Below the pieces are notes generated by a model. It searched no databases. It saw nothing but the letters and a program-made list of their open reading frames with translations, and was not told where the DNA came from. A stretch of DNA of 60,419 nucleotides, filler included. It is 7 parts of 7 records of this genome, joined end to end, with 100 filler letters (N's around TTAATTAATTAA, not from the genome) between each part and the next. Parts side by side here need not be neighbours in the genome. Positions count along the whole stretch, not along the records: positions 33,934 to 44,998 come from SRR31147125_18679; positions 45,099 to 53,545 come from SRR31147125_18687; 5 more parts are not named here. One strand, written 5' to 3'. The number at the start of each line of letters is the position of its first letter. The stretch's first letter is position 1. A program made the position numbers and the translations under genes. Shown one piece after another: positions 41,359 to 52,435 of the stretch.

Positions 41359-42997
41359 TGCTCAAGCGGATCCCGATCTCAGGGTCCTGGTACCGGGCCA
41401 CCGAGGCCCTGATACGCTCGGCCATGGTTTCCAGGGTCCCTTCCTCTGCGGGCTGGAGCATGACCAGAAACTCATCCCCTCCCCACCGGGCTGCCAGATC
41501 ATAGGGGCGAATCAACCTTTTGATGCGATGGGCCACGGCTTTCAGGGCCTTATCCCCGGCAGCATGACCATGGGTGTCGTTGATCTCCTTGAACCAGTCC
41601 ACATCAATCCAAAGGATGCCCAGTGGGATGGCTTCCCTGGCCGCCCGGACCATCCCTTTTTCAAGCTGCTCGGTCATTCCCCGGCGGTTCAGCAGCTCTG
41701 TCAGGGGATCCACCTTTGCCAGCCGCTCAAGATCTGCGGTCCGGTCCAGGACCTGCTGCTCCAGATCCCTTCTGGAGGCCAGCACCACCTGGGCCATTTC
41801 CAGGAACCTGCCGATGAGACGCCCGACCTCCCCCACACCGCCGGAACGGACATGGCCGCTGGGATCTTTGCCCGTCTCCACCCGGACCATGGCCCGGTCC
41901 AGCTGCCGCAGGGGGCTCAGGATCAGGCCGTTTAATGCAAAATTAAAAACAATCAGGGCAAAAAGGAGGGTCAGGATATAGACCAGTAAAATCATGGAAA
42001 ACTGGGACAGGGGCAGCACCGTATCCAGATCAATGAGTGTGATCTCATGCCAGTCAATCTCCGGCAGGTATACGATTCCGGCCAGTTCCCGCTTGCCCCC
42101 CACCGTCACAAAGGCTGTGGCAACGGTTTTCCTGCCCGCCTCCAACGCCTTCATGGCAGCGTAAATGACTTGCCGGTCTTCATCCGTGTCAAAAATCAGG
42201 TCAATGGTCTTATGGGTACCCTCTTTTTTACTTACCGAGCCAAAGTCAATATAGGCCTTATTCCGGTGGAGCTGGATATCACCGGCATGGTCCACAAAAA
42301 GGCTGGTGATCCCGGGTTCGGTTTCCTCAACGCTGGCGGCCAGGAACTGGGTCAGATCAAGGCCTGTCCCGGTAATCCCGAGGATATCGTTGCCGTCCCG
42401 GATCAGCACATCGATCCAGAGTTTGGTAATCCCCAGGGTCTCATCCGGGTTCACATTGATGTGGAACTCCCGCCCCTGGCGAATCAGATCGTAGAACCAT
42501 GCATCTGCATCCTTTTCAGGATCAAGCACATACCGCAGTTCCTCCCCGGCAAATTCATTTTCCCCGTTGTTATGATAGTAATGCCCGTTTTCCCTCAAGG
42601 CCACAAAATAGCTTTGATCCTGAAAGTTGAGGCGATAATTTTCCAATTCCTCCAGGGCCCCAGCCCTGAGCCGTGTATTTTCCGGGTCCCTTGCAAAATT
42701 TTTAAGGAACTGAGCGCTTGCCAGCTGACGGGACAGGGCCACTTCCCGTAAAATGGGCTGAAGGGTCCGGCCCTTATCGTACAGGGCCTGTTTAACAATG
42801 TACCTTGGGGCCCATTGCTCGATAATACTTTCAGCCAGCACCCTCACCGACCAGGTCACGCCGGCCGCCGAAACAATAAACAGACAGGCCGTGATCAAAA
42901 GGAAACTAATCCTCAGGCTCATCTGGCCTTTTAGCACCCTGGAGATTCTCACAATGAGAGCCTTTCGCAGTCCCAGCCCCGGGGACAGGACATACAC
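41210..42997 (-). CDS. Membrane sensor diguanylate cyclase (Cache-like, HAMP, GGDEF)
   Basis: DPLTELLNRR, DVDWFKEINDTHGHAAGD, RPYD I-site, RWGGDEF; the start may be 42922. Confidence 0.92.
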   Translation of the reverse strand: MYVLSPGLGLRKALIVRISRVLKGQMSLRISFLLITACLFIVSAAGVTWSVRVLAESIIEQWAPRYIVKQALYDKGRTLQPILREVALSRQLASAQFLKNFARDPENTRLRAGALEELENYRLNFQDQSYFVALRENGHYYHNNGENEFAGEELRYVLDPEKDADAWFYDLIRQGREFHINVNPDETLGITKLWIDVLIRDGNDILGITGTGLDLTQFLAASVEETEPGITSLFVDHAGDIQLHRNKAYIDFGSVSKKEGTHKTIDLIFDTDEDRQVIYAAMKALEAGRKTVATAFVTVGGKRELAGIVYLPEIDWHEITLIDLDTVLPLSQFSMILLVYILTLLFALIVFNFALNGLILSPLRQLDRAMVRVETGKDPSGHVRSGGVGEVGRLIGRFLEMAQVVLASRRDLEQQVLDRTADLERLAKVDPLTELLNRRGMTEQLEKGMVRAAREAIPLGILWIDVDWFKEINDTHGHAAGDKALKAVAHRIKRLIRPYDLAARWGGDEFLVMLQPAEEGTLETMAERIRASVARYQDPEIGIRLSISVGGSLSRSGQEQTRLLHDADQALYWAKEAGRNCYRAWSPCGEESSER

Positions 42998-43152
42998 AAC
43001 AAATTAACTATGGAATTCCAGGATCATACCATCCAAATCAAGGAAAAGTCAATTTGTCCTGAACCGGGGAGGATCAGCATGAAACTGATCAGAAGCCCCA
43101 TCTCGTCTTTTATCTCTCAGGACATTTTACCCCAACATTGCATAAAAATTTA

Positions 43153-43806
43153 TTAGGGAATCCGGACCATTTTGCTATAGGTCTCGTTGATAATGGCCAG
43201 ACCGTTTTTGATATTTTGCGAAAGATTTTCTTTAACCGCATCCCGGTCACATGCCTTCAGAGCGTCCAGGACCGCCCTGTGTTCTGCATTGAATTTTTTA
43301 CAGATATCCGCATCCCAGCGGTAGATATTCAGAACACTTTCCACTGACAGAATAAGGCTCTGGGCAATGGCAACAAGGTGGGGCAGCCTTGAGGCTTCAT
43401 AAATGATATTATGGAATTGCCGGTCAAAGGAATACCTATTTTTAGGCAGGGTCTCCATGGTGAGAAGTAAAGATTCAAGGGCGTCATAATCCGCCTTAGT
43501 TAGATTCTCCATGGCTTCAAGGGCCAGCTGAACTTCCAGAGTCACTCTAAGGTCATAGATGTGAAGGATCTCTTTTAAGGTGGGAGGTGTGGCCACCACA
43601 GCGCCCTTATATGGAATATTTTTTACAAGGCCCGAGCGGTCCAGCCGCATCAATGCTTCCCGGATGGGGCCCCGCCCAATGCCCAGTTCATCCTCCAATT
43701 CAGAAAGAATCAGTCGGGTACCCGGCCGTTTGACCCCGCTTAATATCATATCCCGAATCTTCTCATAGGCCCGCAGGGACTTCATGGAAGACTTGTTTTC
43801 TACCAA
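43153..43806 (-). CDS. GntR (FCD) family transcriptional regulator
   Basis: PGTRL...LGIGRGPIREALMRL...GLV; DRQFH; EHRAVLDAL. Confidence 0.92.
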   Translation of the reverse strand: MVENKSSMKSLRAYEKIRDMILSGVKRPGTRLILSELEDELGIGRGPIREALMRLDRSGLVKNIPYKGAVVATPPTLKEILHIYDLRVTLEVQLALEAMENLTKADYDALESLLLTMETLPKNRYSFDRQFHNIIYEASRLPHLVAIAQSLILSVESVLNIYRWDADICKKFNAEHRAVLDALKACDRDAVKENLSQNIKNGLAIINETYSKMVRIP

Positions 43807-43949
43807 ATCCGCAACTCCTGTAAAACGGTATTATTGAACTATTAGAAATAAGCCATTCAATTATCCCAGATTACATTTTTTGTCAAAAAAAAGCCCATAG
43901 TTAGGTTAATTTAAAATAAATTCGGATTGAAAAAGCGGAGCGGATTGTG

Positions 43950-44684
43950 TCAGGCCTCGGTATCATAGGTGAGGATAGACTTTTTAACTTTTACCACATC
44001 AACGATCTCCTGTGCCAGTATCTGGGCAGCATCCACGGCCTCAACCGGCAGATCACTGTCAAGGGCGCTGAGTTCCGTGCATGCCACAACCACCAGGGTG
44101 GCGCCATTTTCAGCAAGATGACAACAAATTTCCTGATATTGGGCAACCACTTCAGGGCCGGTATCTCCCTTTTTAACCGATTTGATCACCCCCAGCATTT
44201 GGGCCTGGTGTTGCTCATCCGGCCAGATGTCCACAAGGCCTTTTGGAGAAAATTTATCCGTATAAAGTCCGGTCATGGCCACGGCAGGCGAGGCAAGCAT
44301 GCCGATACGCGTATGACCCGGGTATTGACGGGTCAAATAAGCGGTCACAAGTCCCACAATATGAATGATCGGAATATCTACAGCATCCCGAACAGCTGGA
44401 TAATAATGATGGGCGGTATTACAGGCAATGACCAGAAAATCAGCCCCCCATCTCTGGAGCCGTTGCCCCATATCTGCCATACAAGGGCCGGGGTCCTCCC
44501 CATGGCCTTCAATGATGGCCTTGATTCGAGACGGTACCTTGGGATTATTATCTACAATGCACCGAATATGGTCAGCATCATCCAAAGCAGTTGTCAGAGA
44601 CATAATTCGATGCATCAGGTCCACGGTTGCCTCAGGCCCCATGCCGCCTAAAATACCGACTATTTTTTCTCTGTTTTTGGACAT
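43950..44684 (-). CDS. Aspartate/glutamate racemase family protein (possible cysteate racemase)
   Basis: GILGGMGPEAT, IACNTAH, VACTEL (two catalytic Cys); RBS AGGAG before ATG 44684. Confidence 0.9.
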   Translation of the reverse strand: MSKNREKIVGILGGMGPEATVDLMHRIMSLTTALDDADHIRCIVDNNPKVPSRIKAIIEGHGEDPGPCMADMGQRLQRWGADFLVIACNTAHHYYPAVRDAVDIPIIHIVGLVTAYLTRQYPGHTRIGMLASPAVAMTGLYTDKFSPKGLVDIWPDEQHQAQMLGVIKSVKKGDTGPEVVAQYQEICCHLAENGATLVVVACTELSALDSDLPVEAVDAAQILAQEIVDVVKVKKSILTYDTEA

Positions 44685-44701
44685 GGTGTCTCCTTTTAGA
44701 G

Positions 44702-44731
44702 GCAGCCCGTTTCTGGTCTGAAACGGGCTGC
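44702..44731. other. Intercistronic stem-loop
   Basis: GCAGCCCGTTTC-N6-GAAACGGGCTGC, perfect 12-bp stem, no U-tract. Confidence 0.6.
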
Positions 44732-44745
44732 GCAAGTCATCGGTT

Positions 44746-44998
44746 CTATTGCCTGAAAGTATCCAGGTAGGCGAACAATGCCGGGGATCCGCCGGTATGG
44801 AGGAAGAGGACATTTGCCCCCTCGGCAAAATGCCCCCTGCGGACCAAATCGATGAGACCGGCAGCGGCTTTGCCTGAATATACCGGGTCAAGCAGGATGG
44901 CTTCTGTCCTGGCAAAGAGTTTGACCGCCTCAACCATGCTGTCCGTGGGGATGGAATACCCGGGTCCCACATACTGATCAAAGCAGACAAAGGCCTCT
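44746..44998 (-). CDS. D-cysteine desulfhydrase / cysteate sulfo-lyase family PLP enzyme (C-terminal part)
   Basis: [35 protein letters not shown]. Confidence 0.88.
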
Positions 44999-45098
44999 NN
45001 NNNNNNNNNNNNNNNNNNNNNNNNNNNNNNNNNNNNNNNNNNTTAATTAATTAANNNNNNNNNNNNNNNNNNNNNNNNNNNNNNNNNNNNNNNNNNNN
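44999..45098. other. Artificial contig spacer
   Basis: N44-TTAATTAATTAA-N44. Confidence 0.98.
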
Positions 45099-45234
45099 TC
45101 GCCGCCTGTGGCGTCTAGGCAAATCTCCTAAAATACTCCGGAAAGTATTTAATGCAGTCATCCGAGGCCTACGCAAGAACAAATAGCAGACGTGAGTTCT
45201 AGGAGATTTACTTTTTACTTTCATCATATTTTTT

Positions 45235-45927
45235 TCACTCTTCCATTTGCTTGTATTCACTCTCAATAATGGTTGAGCCCATAATTGGATTTATCTCAAT
45301 TGAAAAATGAGTTTCATCATCATCATCTCTTAAATTAATTATTGCAGGCTCAATGTATCCATTTGGAAAGAAATATATAAAAGCCTGACCACTCTCAACA
45401 GGACCTATATCATGACTTGTATAGACATCTTTAATAAAAACACCGTCAGGCAAGGCAACTGGCTTTAAAAGATATTCATCGACTGAACCAAATTCAGGAG
45501 TCCGATACTTCTTTACCGGCGCTGCAACTTCCTCTCCCTCTTCGCCCTCAAGGCCCTCTTCAATTTCTTCTATATCTTCTTCTTCCTTACCAATAGCTTC
45601 AGCCTCTTCTTCTAGTAACTCTTTTGTAGTTAACAAAAACTGTTCGGTTGTGGCTTCAACCCAATAGCTATTTTTTTCGAAATCAAAGACAAGACGCATA
45701 TAGAGATTTTGAGTTGAGGCTTTATCATGCAAATATCTGATCGTGCTACTCAGTCTCTTTGTTGCCTTCTTAACATTAAGATCAAACCAATTATCAACCT
45801 GTGTAACGACAAGACCCACCATCAAACCTACAACAGCTATAGCTACTATCAGCTCAAATAGTGTAAAACCTTTTTGGTTCTCTTTTCTAAAATAATTTCT
45901 CAAATGGTGTCCTTCAAAAGTAAACAA
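45235..45927 (-). CDS. gspH: Type II secretion minor pseudopilin (GspH-like)
   Basis: Prepilin site QKGFTLFELIVAI; YFFPNG; position directly after gspG. Confidence 0.8.
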   Translation of the reverse strand: MFTFEGHHLRNYFRKENQKGFTLFELIVAIAVVGLMVGLVVTQVDNWFDLNVKKATKRLSSTIRYLHDKASTQNLYMRLVFDFEKNSYWVEATTEQFLLTTKELLEEEAEAIGKEEEDIEEIEEGLEGEEGEEVAAPVKKYRTPEFGSVDEYLLKPVALPDGVFIKDVYTSHDIGPVESGQAFIYFFPNGYIEPAIINLRDDDDETHFSIEINPIMGSTIIESEYKQMEE

Positions 45928-45985
45928 GCAAGAGCAAGAGCTTTAAAAACCCCCACTTCTTGCTTGTTTAACTAGTAATCAAAAA

Positions 45986-46438
45986 TTATTGAACCAGTTC
46001 AAAAGATTTAATATCTTCGTCTACGTCTTCTCCACCCTCTTGGCAATCTCTACCCAGAGAAATAATTTCATAATCATGACCGTAGATTCCTGGTGCATAG
46101 TAGATATAATCGCAGCCAAATGGATCTTGAGGAACTTTTCCGCCCTTTAAGTAACCATTTCTTGGATAGTTCTTTGGAATTCTGCCTATAGATGGTTTTT
46201 CAACCAAAGCCTTCAAGCCCTGTTCAGTGCTTGGATATGTTCCGTTGTCTCTACGATAGTTATCCAAAGCTCCTTCAAGACTTCTGATCTGTGTACGAGC
46301 TGTTTCAACCTTCGCTTGATCAAGTCTGTCTAAAACGTTAACCGTAACAACGGTAGCAATCAAGCCCAAGATTGTAATAACAACCATGATCTCGATAAGT
46401 GTCATACCAGCTTGTCCTAATTTACCAATCCTTCTCAT
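45986..46438 (-). CDS. gspG: Type II secretion major pseudopilin
   Basis: QAGMTLIEIMVVITILG, YPSTEQGLKALVEKP, VPQDPFG, SLGRD; ATG 46438. Confidence 0.95.
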   Translation of the reverse strand: MRRIGKLGQAGMTLIEIMVVITILGLIATVVTVNVLDRLDQAKVETARTQIRSLEGALDNYRRDNGTYPSTEQGLKALVEKPSIGRIPKNYPRNGYLKGGKVPQDPFGCDYIYYAPGIYGHDYEIISLGRDCQEGGEDVDEDIKSFELVQ

Positions 46439-46454
46439 TTCTACCCCCTTTGTA

Positions 46455-47693
46455 TTATGCTCCAAGTTGATTAAGTTGTAATATTGGCAACAGAATTGAC
46501 ATAACAATAAACGAAACGACACCCGCCATAACAAGAATCATCATAGGTTCTAAAAGTGTCATCAAAGCAGAAACCGTTGTGTCGACTTGGTTATCGTATG
46601 CATCTGCAATTCTTTCAAGCATCTTTTCAAGCTGACCTGTCTTCTCTCCAACCGAAATCATATGCGTGACGATTGGAGGGAACTCGCCGCTTCTTTTAAG
46701 CGGTTCAGCAACAGACTCACCCTCTTTAACAGAATTCTTCGTATCTTCAACAGCTCTTTTTAAAACAACATTTGTCACAATATTTCTAACAATATCCATT
46801 GCAACAAGAAGTGGCACACTACTATTAAGCAGCGTAGATAACGTTCTTGAAAATCGTGAAATGGCAATCATTCTAAGTAATTTTCCCAGCAATGGAACTC
46901 TTAAAATCTTTCTATCCCAAGTTTCACGGCCCTTTTCAGTTCTCAGCCATCTTTTAACGCCGTAAATCCCAAGACCTATAAATAGTGCAATGATATACCA
47001 GTAGTCAGTCATCGCATCACTTACGCCAATCAGAATTTTTGTCGGAAGAGGCAATGCAGCATTCACATCTTCAAAGATCTTTGTTACTTTTGGAACAACG
47101 TAAACCAAAAGCATAATCATTAGAGCCACACCAACTATCGACATAATGACCGGATAGATCATGGCGCCAACTATTTTACTTCTTAGCTTTGCCTGATTTT
47201 CAGTAAAATCTGCAAGTCGTTCTAAAACGATATCCAAAGCACCACTATTTTCACCAGCATTGACCATATTCACATAGAGATCACCAAAAACTTTTGGGTA
47301 CGCCTTCATTGCCTCGGACAATTTTCCACCCTCAGTCACTTTTTCTCTAATTGTTGTCATTATTGATTTTAACTTTACATTTTCAAGCTGGTCTTCCAAA
47401 GCTTGCAAAGAATCAACAAGAGGAATTCCAGAAGAGATCAACGTCGACAACTGACGGGTCATAATAGCAACATCTTGAGTTTTAATTCTCTGAAAATAGC
47501 GACTGAAGTCTACATTAGAACTAAGTGTTATCTTGGCTCCCTTAGCGCCACCTTTTCCAGAGGCATTCAAAGACGTAGGATAAATCTTGAGTTTACGTAG
47601 CTTACCGCGCGCAGCTTTTTCATTCTCTGCATCGACAATACCGCTCGCCTTTTTCCCCTGAGCATTAATTCCTGTATAATTAAATACTGGCAT
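46455..47693 (-). CDS. gspF: Type II secretion inner-membrane platform protein
   Basis: TRQLSTLISSGIPL, AGENSGALD, AMIYP, VGEKTGQL, LLEP. Confidence 0.95.
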   Translation of the reverse strand: MPVFNYTGINAQGKKASGIVDAENEKAARGKLRKLKIYPTSLNASGKGGAKGAKITLSSNVDFSRYFQRIKTQDVAIMTRQLSTLISSGIPLVDSLQALEDQLENVKLKSIMTTIREKVTEGGKLSEAMKAYPKVFGDLYVNMVNAGENSGALDIVLERLADFTENQAKLRSKIVGAMIYPVIMSIVGVALMIMLLVYVVPKVTKIFEDVNAALPLPTKILIGVSDAMTDYWYIIALFIGLGIYGVKRWLRTEKGRETWDRKILRVPLLGKLLRMIAISRFSRTLSTLLNSSVPLLVAMDIVRNIVTNVVLKRAVEDTKNSVKEGESVAEPLKRSGEFPPIVTHMISVGEKTGQLEKMLERIADAYDNQVDTTVSALMTLLEPMMILVMAGVVSFIVMSILLPILQLNQLGA

Positions 47694-47714
47694 AAGTGAT
47701 TATTCAAACTCCTG

Positions 47715-49412
47715 CTAAATATTTTCCTGTGTTACCCTAAGTACTTCTTCAATCGTAGTTATACCCTCAAGCACCTTAAAAGCTGCATCTTCCCTAAGTG
47801 AAACCATACCCATATGCATTGCAACTTTACGAATCGCGGATGCATCGGCGCCCTTCATGACTTCACCCCTAACAGAATCTTCCACAATCATCATTTCATG
47901 AATACCTGTTCGGCCAGAATAACCGGTCTCTAGACAAACAGGACAACCAACTGGTCTATATATTTGCTGCCCTTTTAGATCAGCTAACGTCAACCCAATC
48001 TCCTGCAACTCATCTTCAGCAGGAGTATATTTTTTGGCACAATCCTTACAAACCGTTCTCACCAAACGTTGAGCTATAATACCAATAACAGATGAAGATA
48101 CCAAGAAAGGCTCAACTCCCATATCGATCAATCTAGTAATCGAACTCGGGGCATCGTTTGTATGTAGAGTGGATATAACCAAGTGACCAGTTAGAGATGC
48201 TTGAATAGCAATCTCAGCCGTTTCTCTATCACGAATCTCACCAACCATGATAACATCTGGATCTTGACGTAGAAACGCCCTGAGACCGGTTGCAAAGGTC
48301 AATTCAATCTTAGGATTGACTTGAACCTGATTAATTCCAGGAAGCTGATATTCGACAGGATCTTCAACCGTGATAATTTTCAACTCCTTCGAATTGATCT
48401 TAGAAAGTGCCGAATAAAGAGTCGTTGTTTTACCAGAACCTGTAGGTCCTGTAACAAGTATGATTCCATTTCGTTTATGAATCAGTTCCTGCATCAACTC
48501 CAAATTCCTACCCCAAAGCCCCAAAGTATCAAGAGATAGAAGAACTGAACTCTTATCCAAAAGCCTCATAACAACGCTCTCACCAAAGGCTGCAGGAATT
48601 GTAGAGACACGAATATCTATATCTTTTCCAGCGATCTTAATCCTAATACGACCATCTTGAGGAAGACGTTTCTCTGCGATATTGAGACCCGCCATAATCT
48701 TCACGCGAGAAATAATAGCACTCTGCGCTCTCTTTGGAGGATGCATAATATCGTACAAAACGCCATCAATTCTAAAGCGAACTATAAGCTCTTTCTCAAA
48801 GGGCTCGATATGAATATCAGAGGCCTTCTGCTTAACAGACCTAAATAGCAGTGAGTTGACCAGCCTGATAATCGGGGCCTCATCAGAAGCATCAAGCAGA
48901 TCAACAGGTTCATCAAAATCAGAATCGATCTCTGTCATTGATTCATCAAGTTCACTCATCGCCTCTTCATCATTTTCAGCAGATCTATTATAGACCGCAT
49001 TGATGGCATTAACTATCTCATACGAACTAGCTATCACTGGCTTGATCGGCATATTATAAATTATTCGCAGATCATCTAGCACAAAATAATTAGAAGGATT
49101 AGCTATGGCAACAACAAGAGAGTTTCCCTCTTTTCTTAAGGGTAATACCTCATTCTTCTTTGCATAGTTAATGGGGAGATCCGAAACAATCTCTGGTGGT
49201 ATATCATCGACAACAATTTGATTTTCATAAGGGAACCCAAGCTGAACACTCAAGGCTCTTAAGATGTCTTCCGTCCTTAAAAATTTCAACTGCACAAGGG
49301 CATCACCGAGTTTAATTCCTCTTTCACGATGCACAGTGAGGGCCTGCTCTAACTGCTCTTCAGTCAAAGTGGTCGACTCCAACAATATTGCGCCTAAACT
49401 CTTATCTTCCAT
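47715..49412 (-). CDS. gspE: Type II secretion ATPase
   Basis: ASDIHIEP, AEKRLPQDGRI, GPTGSGKTTTLY, LRQDPDVIMVGEIRD, CxxC/CxxC zinc site. Confidence 0.96.
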   Translation of the reverse strand: MEDKSLGAILLESTTLTEEQLEQALTVHRERGIKLGDALVQLKFLRTEDILRALSVQLGFPYENQIVVDDIPPEIVSDLPINYAKKNEVLPLRKEGNSLVVAIANPSNYFVLDDLRIIYNMPIKPVIASSYEIVNAINAVYNRSAENDEEAMSELDESMTEIDSDFDEPVDLLDASDEAPIIRLVNSLLFRSVKQKASDIHIEPFEKELIVRFRIDGVLYDIMHPPKRAQSAIISRVKIMAGLNIAEKRLPQDGRIRIKIAGKDIDIRVSTIPAAFGESVVMRLLDKSSVLLSLDTLGLWGRNLELMQELIHKRNGIILVTGPTGSGKTTTLYSALSKINSKELKIITVEDPVEYQLPGINQVQVNPKIELTFATGLRAFLRQDPDVIMVGEIRDRETAEIAIQASLTGHLVISTLHTNDAPSSITRLIDMGVEPFLVSSSVIGIIAQRLVRTVCKDCAKKYTPAEDELQEIGLTLADLKGQQIYRPVGCPVCLETGYSGRTGIHEMMIVEDSVRGEVMKGADASAIRKVAMHMGMVSLREDAAFKVLEGITTIEEVLRVTQENI

Positions 49413-49487
49413 AAGTACCTGTAATTATTAATGTTTTACCACTAGACTCGGGAGTATATCACCGAGAATAGCTAGCCACAAGCGAAA

Positions 49488-52435
49488 TTAATAAGCCAAA
49501 TCCAAATCTGTTCCAATTCCACCAGCATCAGGTTTTTGAAATCTTTCACCACTATCAACCTTTGGTTTCTTAGGAACCTTTATTATGTAAGCCTTCGGAG
49601 TTCGATCTTCTTCCTTCGGAATCTGTGGAGGAACAACTTCCTGTGAAGGCTGCTTTGTCGCTCCCAAATCGCTCTCCGGAATTACTGGCTTATTAAAAAC
49701 TCTTGGTGCTGGTGGTGGTGCAACTTCTTTCACAACTTCAGGTGCCACCTTCTCCATTGTCTTTGTCGTCTTTGGCTGTTCTGGCAACCACTGAGCAGGC
49801 TTCTTTATAGCGCTATCTGAAATCGATTTTTCTTCGATTGTCGATTCGGTAATTACTGGCGCAGCCTCTTCTACAACTTTTTTCTTTTTCTTCTTCCAAG
49901 TCTTCTTTGGTGCAGGAGTATAGCTCTTTGGTGTTACAACCTGCGGTTGTGAATATACCGGCTGCGTTGGAGCCTTAATAGCACTCTTTGGTGCTGGGGT
50001 AATTCGAACTGGCTTAGGCGCAACTGGAACAGGCGCACTATATGACGGTTTCACTATCACGGGCTTCGAATATTTTGGTTCAACTGGTTTCCATTTGGAT
50101 GACTCAATAGCCGGCGTTGTTGGGACAGAAGGCCCTCTAGTTGTCACACTACTCTGAGGAACAGTAATTACGGGCGTGGGCTCACTCTTTTTTTTTATCT
50201 CCGGATCAACCGTAATAACCTTTCCCTTCATTGAGATCTCTCGATCTAGAGGTACTGGTTCAGTAAATTCCAAGAGGTCTTCTCTATGTGTCTTAATAGT
50301 TTTCCTGATCTTCTTACGTTTTGATTTACTAAAGTTTGAATCGATAAACTTATTACGTTCATCAATCTTTCTCTTCAAGATAGCGGAGAAATCAGTACGA
50401 TCTTTAATGATGTGAGGTGTAATAAAAATCAAAAGGTTGCTCTTAGACATTGAATTAGTGGTCATAGAAAACAGAAAACCAATAATTGGAATATCACCTA
50501 ATATAGGGACTTTTCTCTTTGTCTTTGAAGCCGTATCATCCATCAAGCCAGCCAAAACAACTGTTTGCCCATTCTCTGTAACAACCGTTGTTTTAACTTT
50601 TCTCTCCTTCATTGCAGGAGCATTTAAATTTGAGCTAAATCGAGGTGTTGAAAAACCTGAAAGCTTCTGCTCGATCTCAAGACGTATCATGTCACCCTCA
50701 GTAATCTGAGGTTTAATTTTCATTTCAAGACCAGCTTCTTTATAGTCAACTGCTTGTGCAGAGGCTATACCCTGGGCTCCGAAAGTCGTTGAACCCGGAA
50801 TTGGCTCTTTCGACAAGACATCCATCGTTGCTTCTTCGTTATCCAGAGTTAACAAGTTTGGGGTCGAAACAACATTAGCCTCACCGCGAGTAGCCAAAGC
50901 AGAGATAAACGCTGAAAATGCAGGAACCGTAATTGAAGATGCTGTCCCATCAGCCCCAACAATTGGAATATCAGTAGTTCTAGAACTGATCAAGCCACCC
51001 AAAAGTGCTGGCCATGCAGCAGTTCCTTGTGTTGCAGAGTTGCTGACGATACTTCCAAGCATGGAAGGAGCACCAAGAGTTTGCCCAAATCCAAGTAGAC
51101 TTCCGGCGAGAGCGGCACCACCCATTCCGCTAGTTCCATATTCAGAACCCTTGTTGATCGAAAGTTCCATAATAACTGATTCAAAATAGACCTGACGACG
51201 CGGTATATCTAGCTTGCTTACAACCTTATCAATCAGTGTTCTAAAATCTTTTGGCAATGCCGTAATAATCAATGCATTCGTCGCTTCATCGGCTGTAATT
51301 TTTACACCACCCTCAAATCTGGCAACGGCAACTGAGGCTTTTGCGGCACCTTTTTTCGATGCAGCCGCCCCTGATGATGCTGTAAGAGAGGAAAGAACTT
51401 CTGACAGTTCTTTTGCCTTTGCGTGCTTTAAATAATAGACATGAATACGCCCTTCATCTTCCGGCCTTAATCGTGAATCAAGCTTTCTGATTATTGCACG
51501 AACTTTCTCAATCGCCCTTTTACTCGCCATAACAATAATCGAATTTGTTCTCTCATCTGCAATAATTTTAGAGACTTCTTGAAGCTCCTCGAGCTGGGCA
51601 CTTTTACTTCTTCTGGTGGTTCTTGTCCTTGTAGTTTTTTCTGTTGTTCAAACAAATCTTGAATCATCTTTGCAATTTGAGTTGCCCCGGTATTCCTGAT
51701 CGGAATAATCTCCATAACCTGCTGAGGACCCTCCTGATCAAGTTCTTTAACAATCTTCATTATTCTATCAATGTTCGCACCAGAGTCTGTGATAATAAGA
51801 GTATTGGTTGCAGGATAAGCAAACAGATTTCCTGATCTTGATACCAAATCCTTAATCGCGTTTGACATATCTAAAGCTGAAATGTTTTCTAAAGGAATCA
51901 ATCTAGTTATAAAGCTATCCGTATACGGTGTTGTGTCGACATGCGTTGGAATTGGTGACTTTGAAGCATCTTTCAATGAAACAATTTTGATTACGTTAGC
52001 TGGCCCTTTGACAGTTGTGTAACCAGCAACTTCCAATGCTGACAAGAAGGTCTGATAGGCTTCTTCTCTCGTCATTGGTCTTTCTGATATGATTGTAACT
52101 TTACCTCTAATTTTATCGTCAATAATAAAGTTTTTAGCCGTAGCTTTACTGATCTGTTTAATAACATCTTTGATATCTGCATCGTGAACGTTTAGATAAA
52201 CTTTTTCTTCCTCTTGGAGAGGACCTTCAAGATCTGTTTTGACAATTGTCTGCTCTTTTCCAGCTCCCTCAGCAGTTGTTGGAGTGGCAGAAGGCATTCC
52301 AGAAGGTATGGTTTTTGTCGTCGATGATGCCCCTCCAGCACTTGGCAAACCTCTTGATTGGCCAAAGGCGATGGAACTCAGGCCAAGTAGAGCAAACACC
52401 ATCACAAAGATTATTATTCTATTATCTAATTTCAT
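49488..52435 (-). CDS. gspD: Type II secretion secretin with long Pro-rich C-terminal tail; frameshift at 51635-51640
   Basis: N0 ADIKDVIKQIS..T.KNFIIDDKIRGKVTI; the restored frame KIIADERTNSIIVMASK joins the two ORFs; secretin KVPILGDIPIIGFLF...LLIFITPHII. Confidence 0.92.

Noticed and set aside
33945-44651. Overlapping ORFs such as 33945..34682, 35386..35955, 38788..39453, 42047..42751, 43947..44651
   Set aside because: Antisense shadows of MCP, TPR, phosphorylase, GGDEF and racemase genes.
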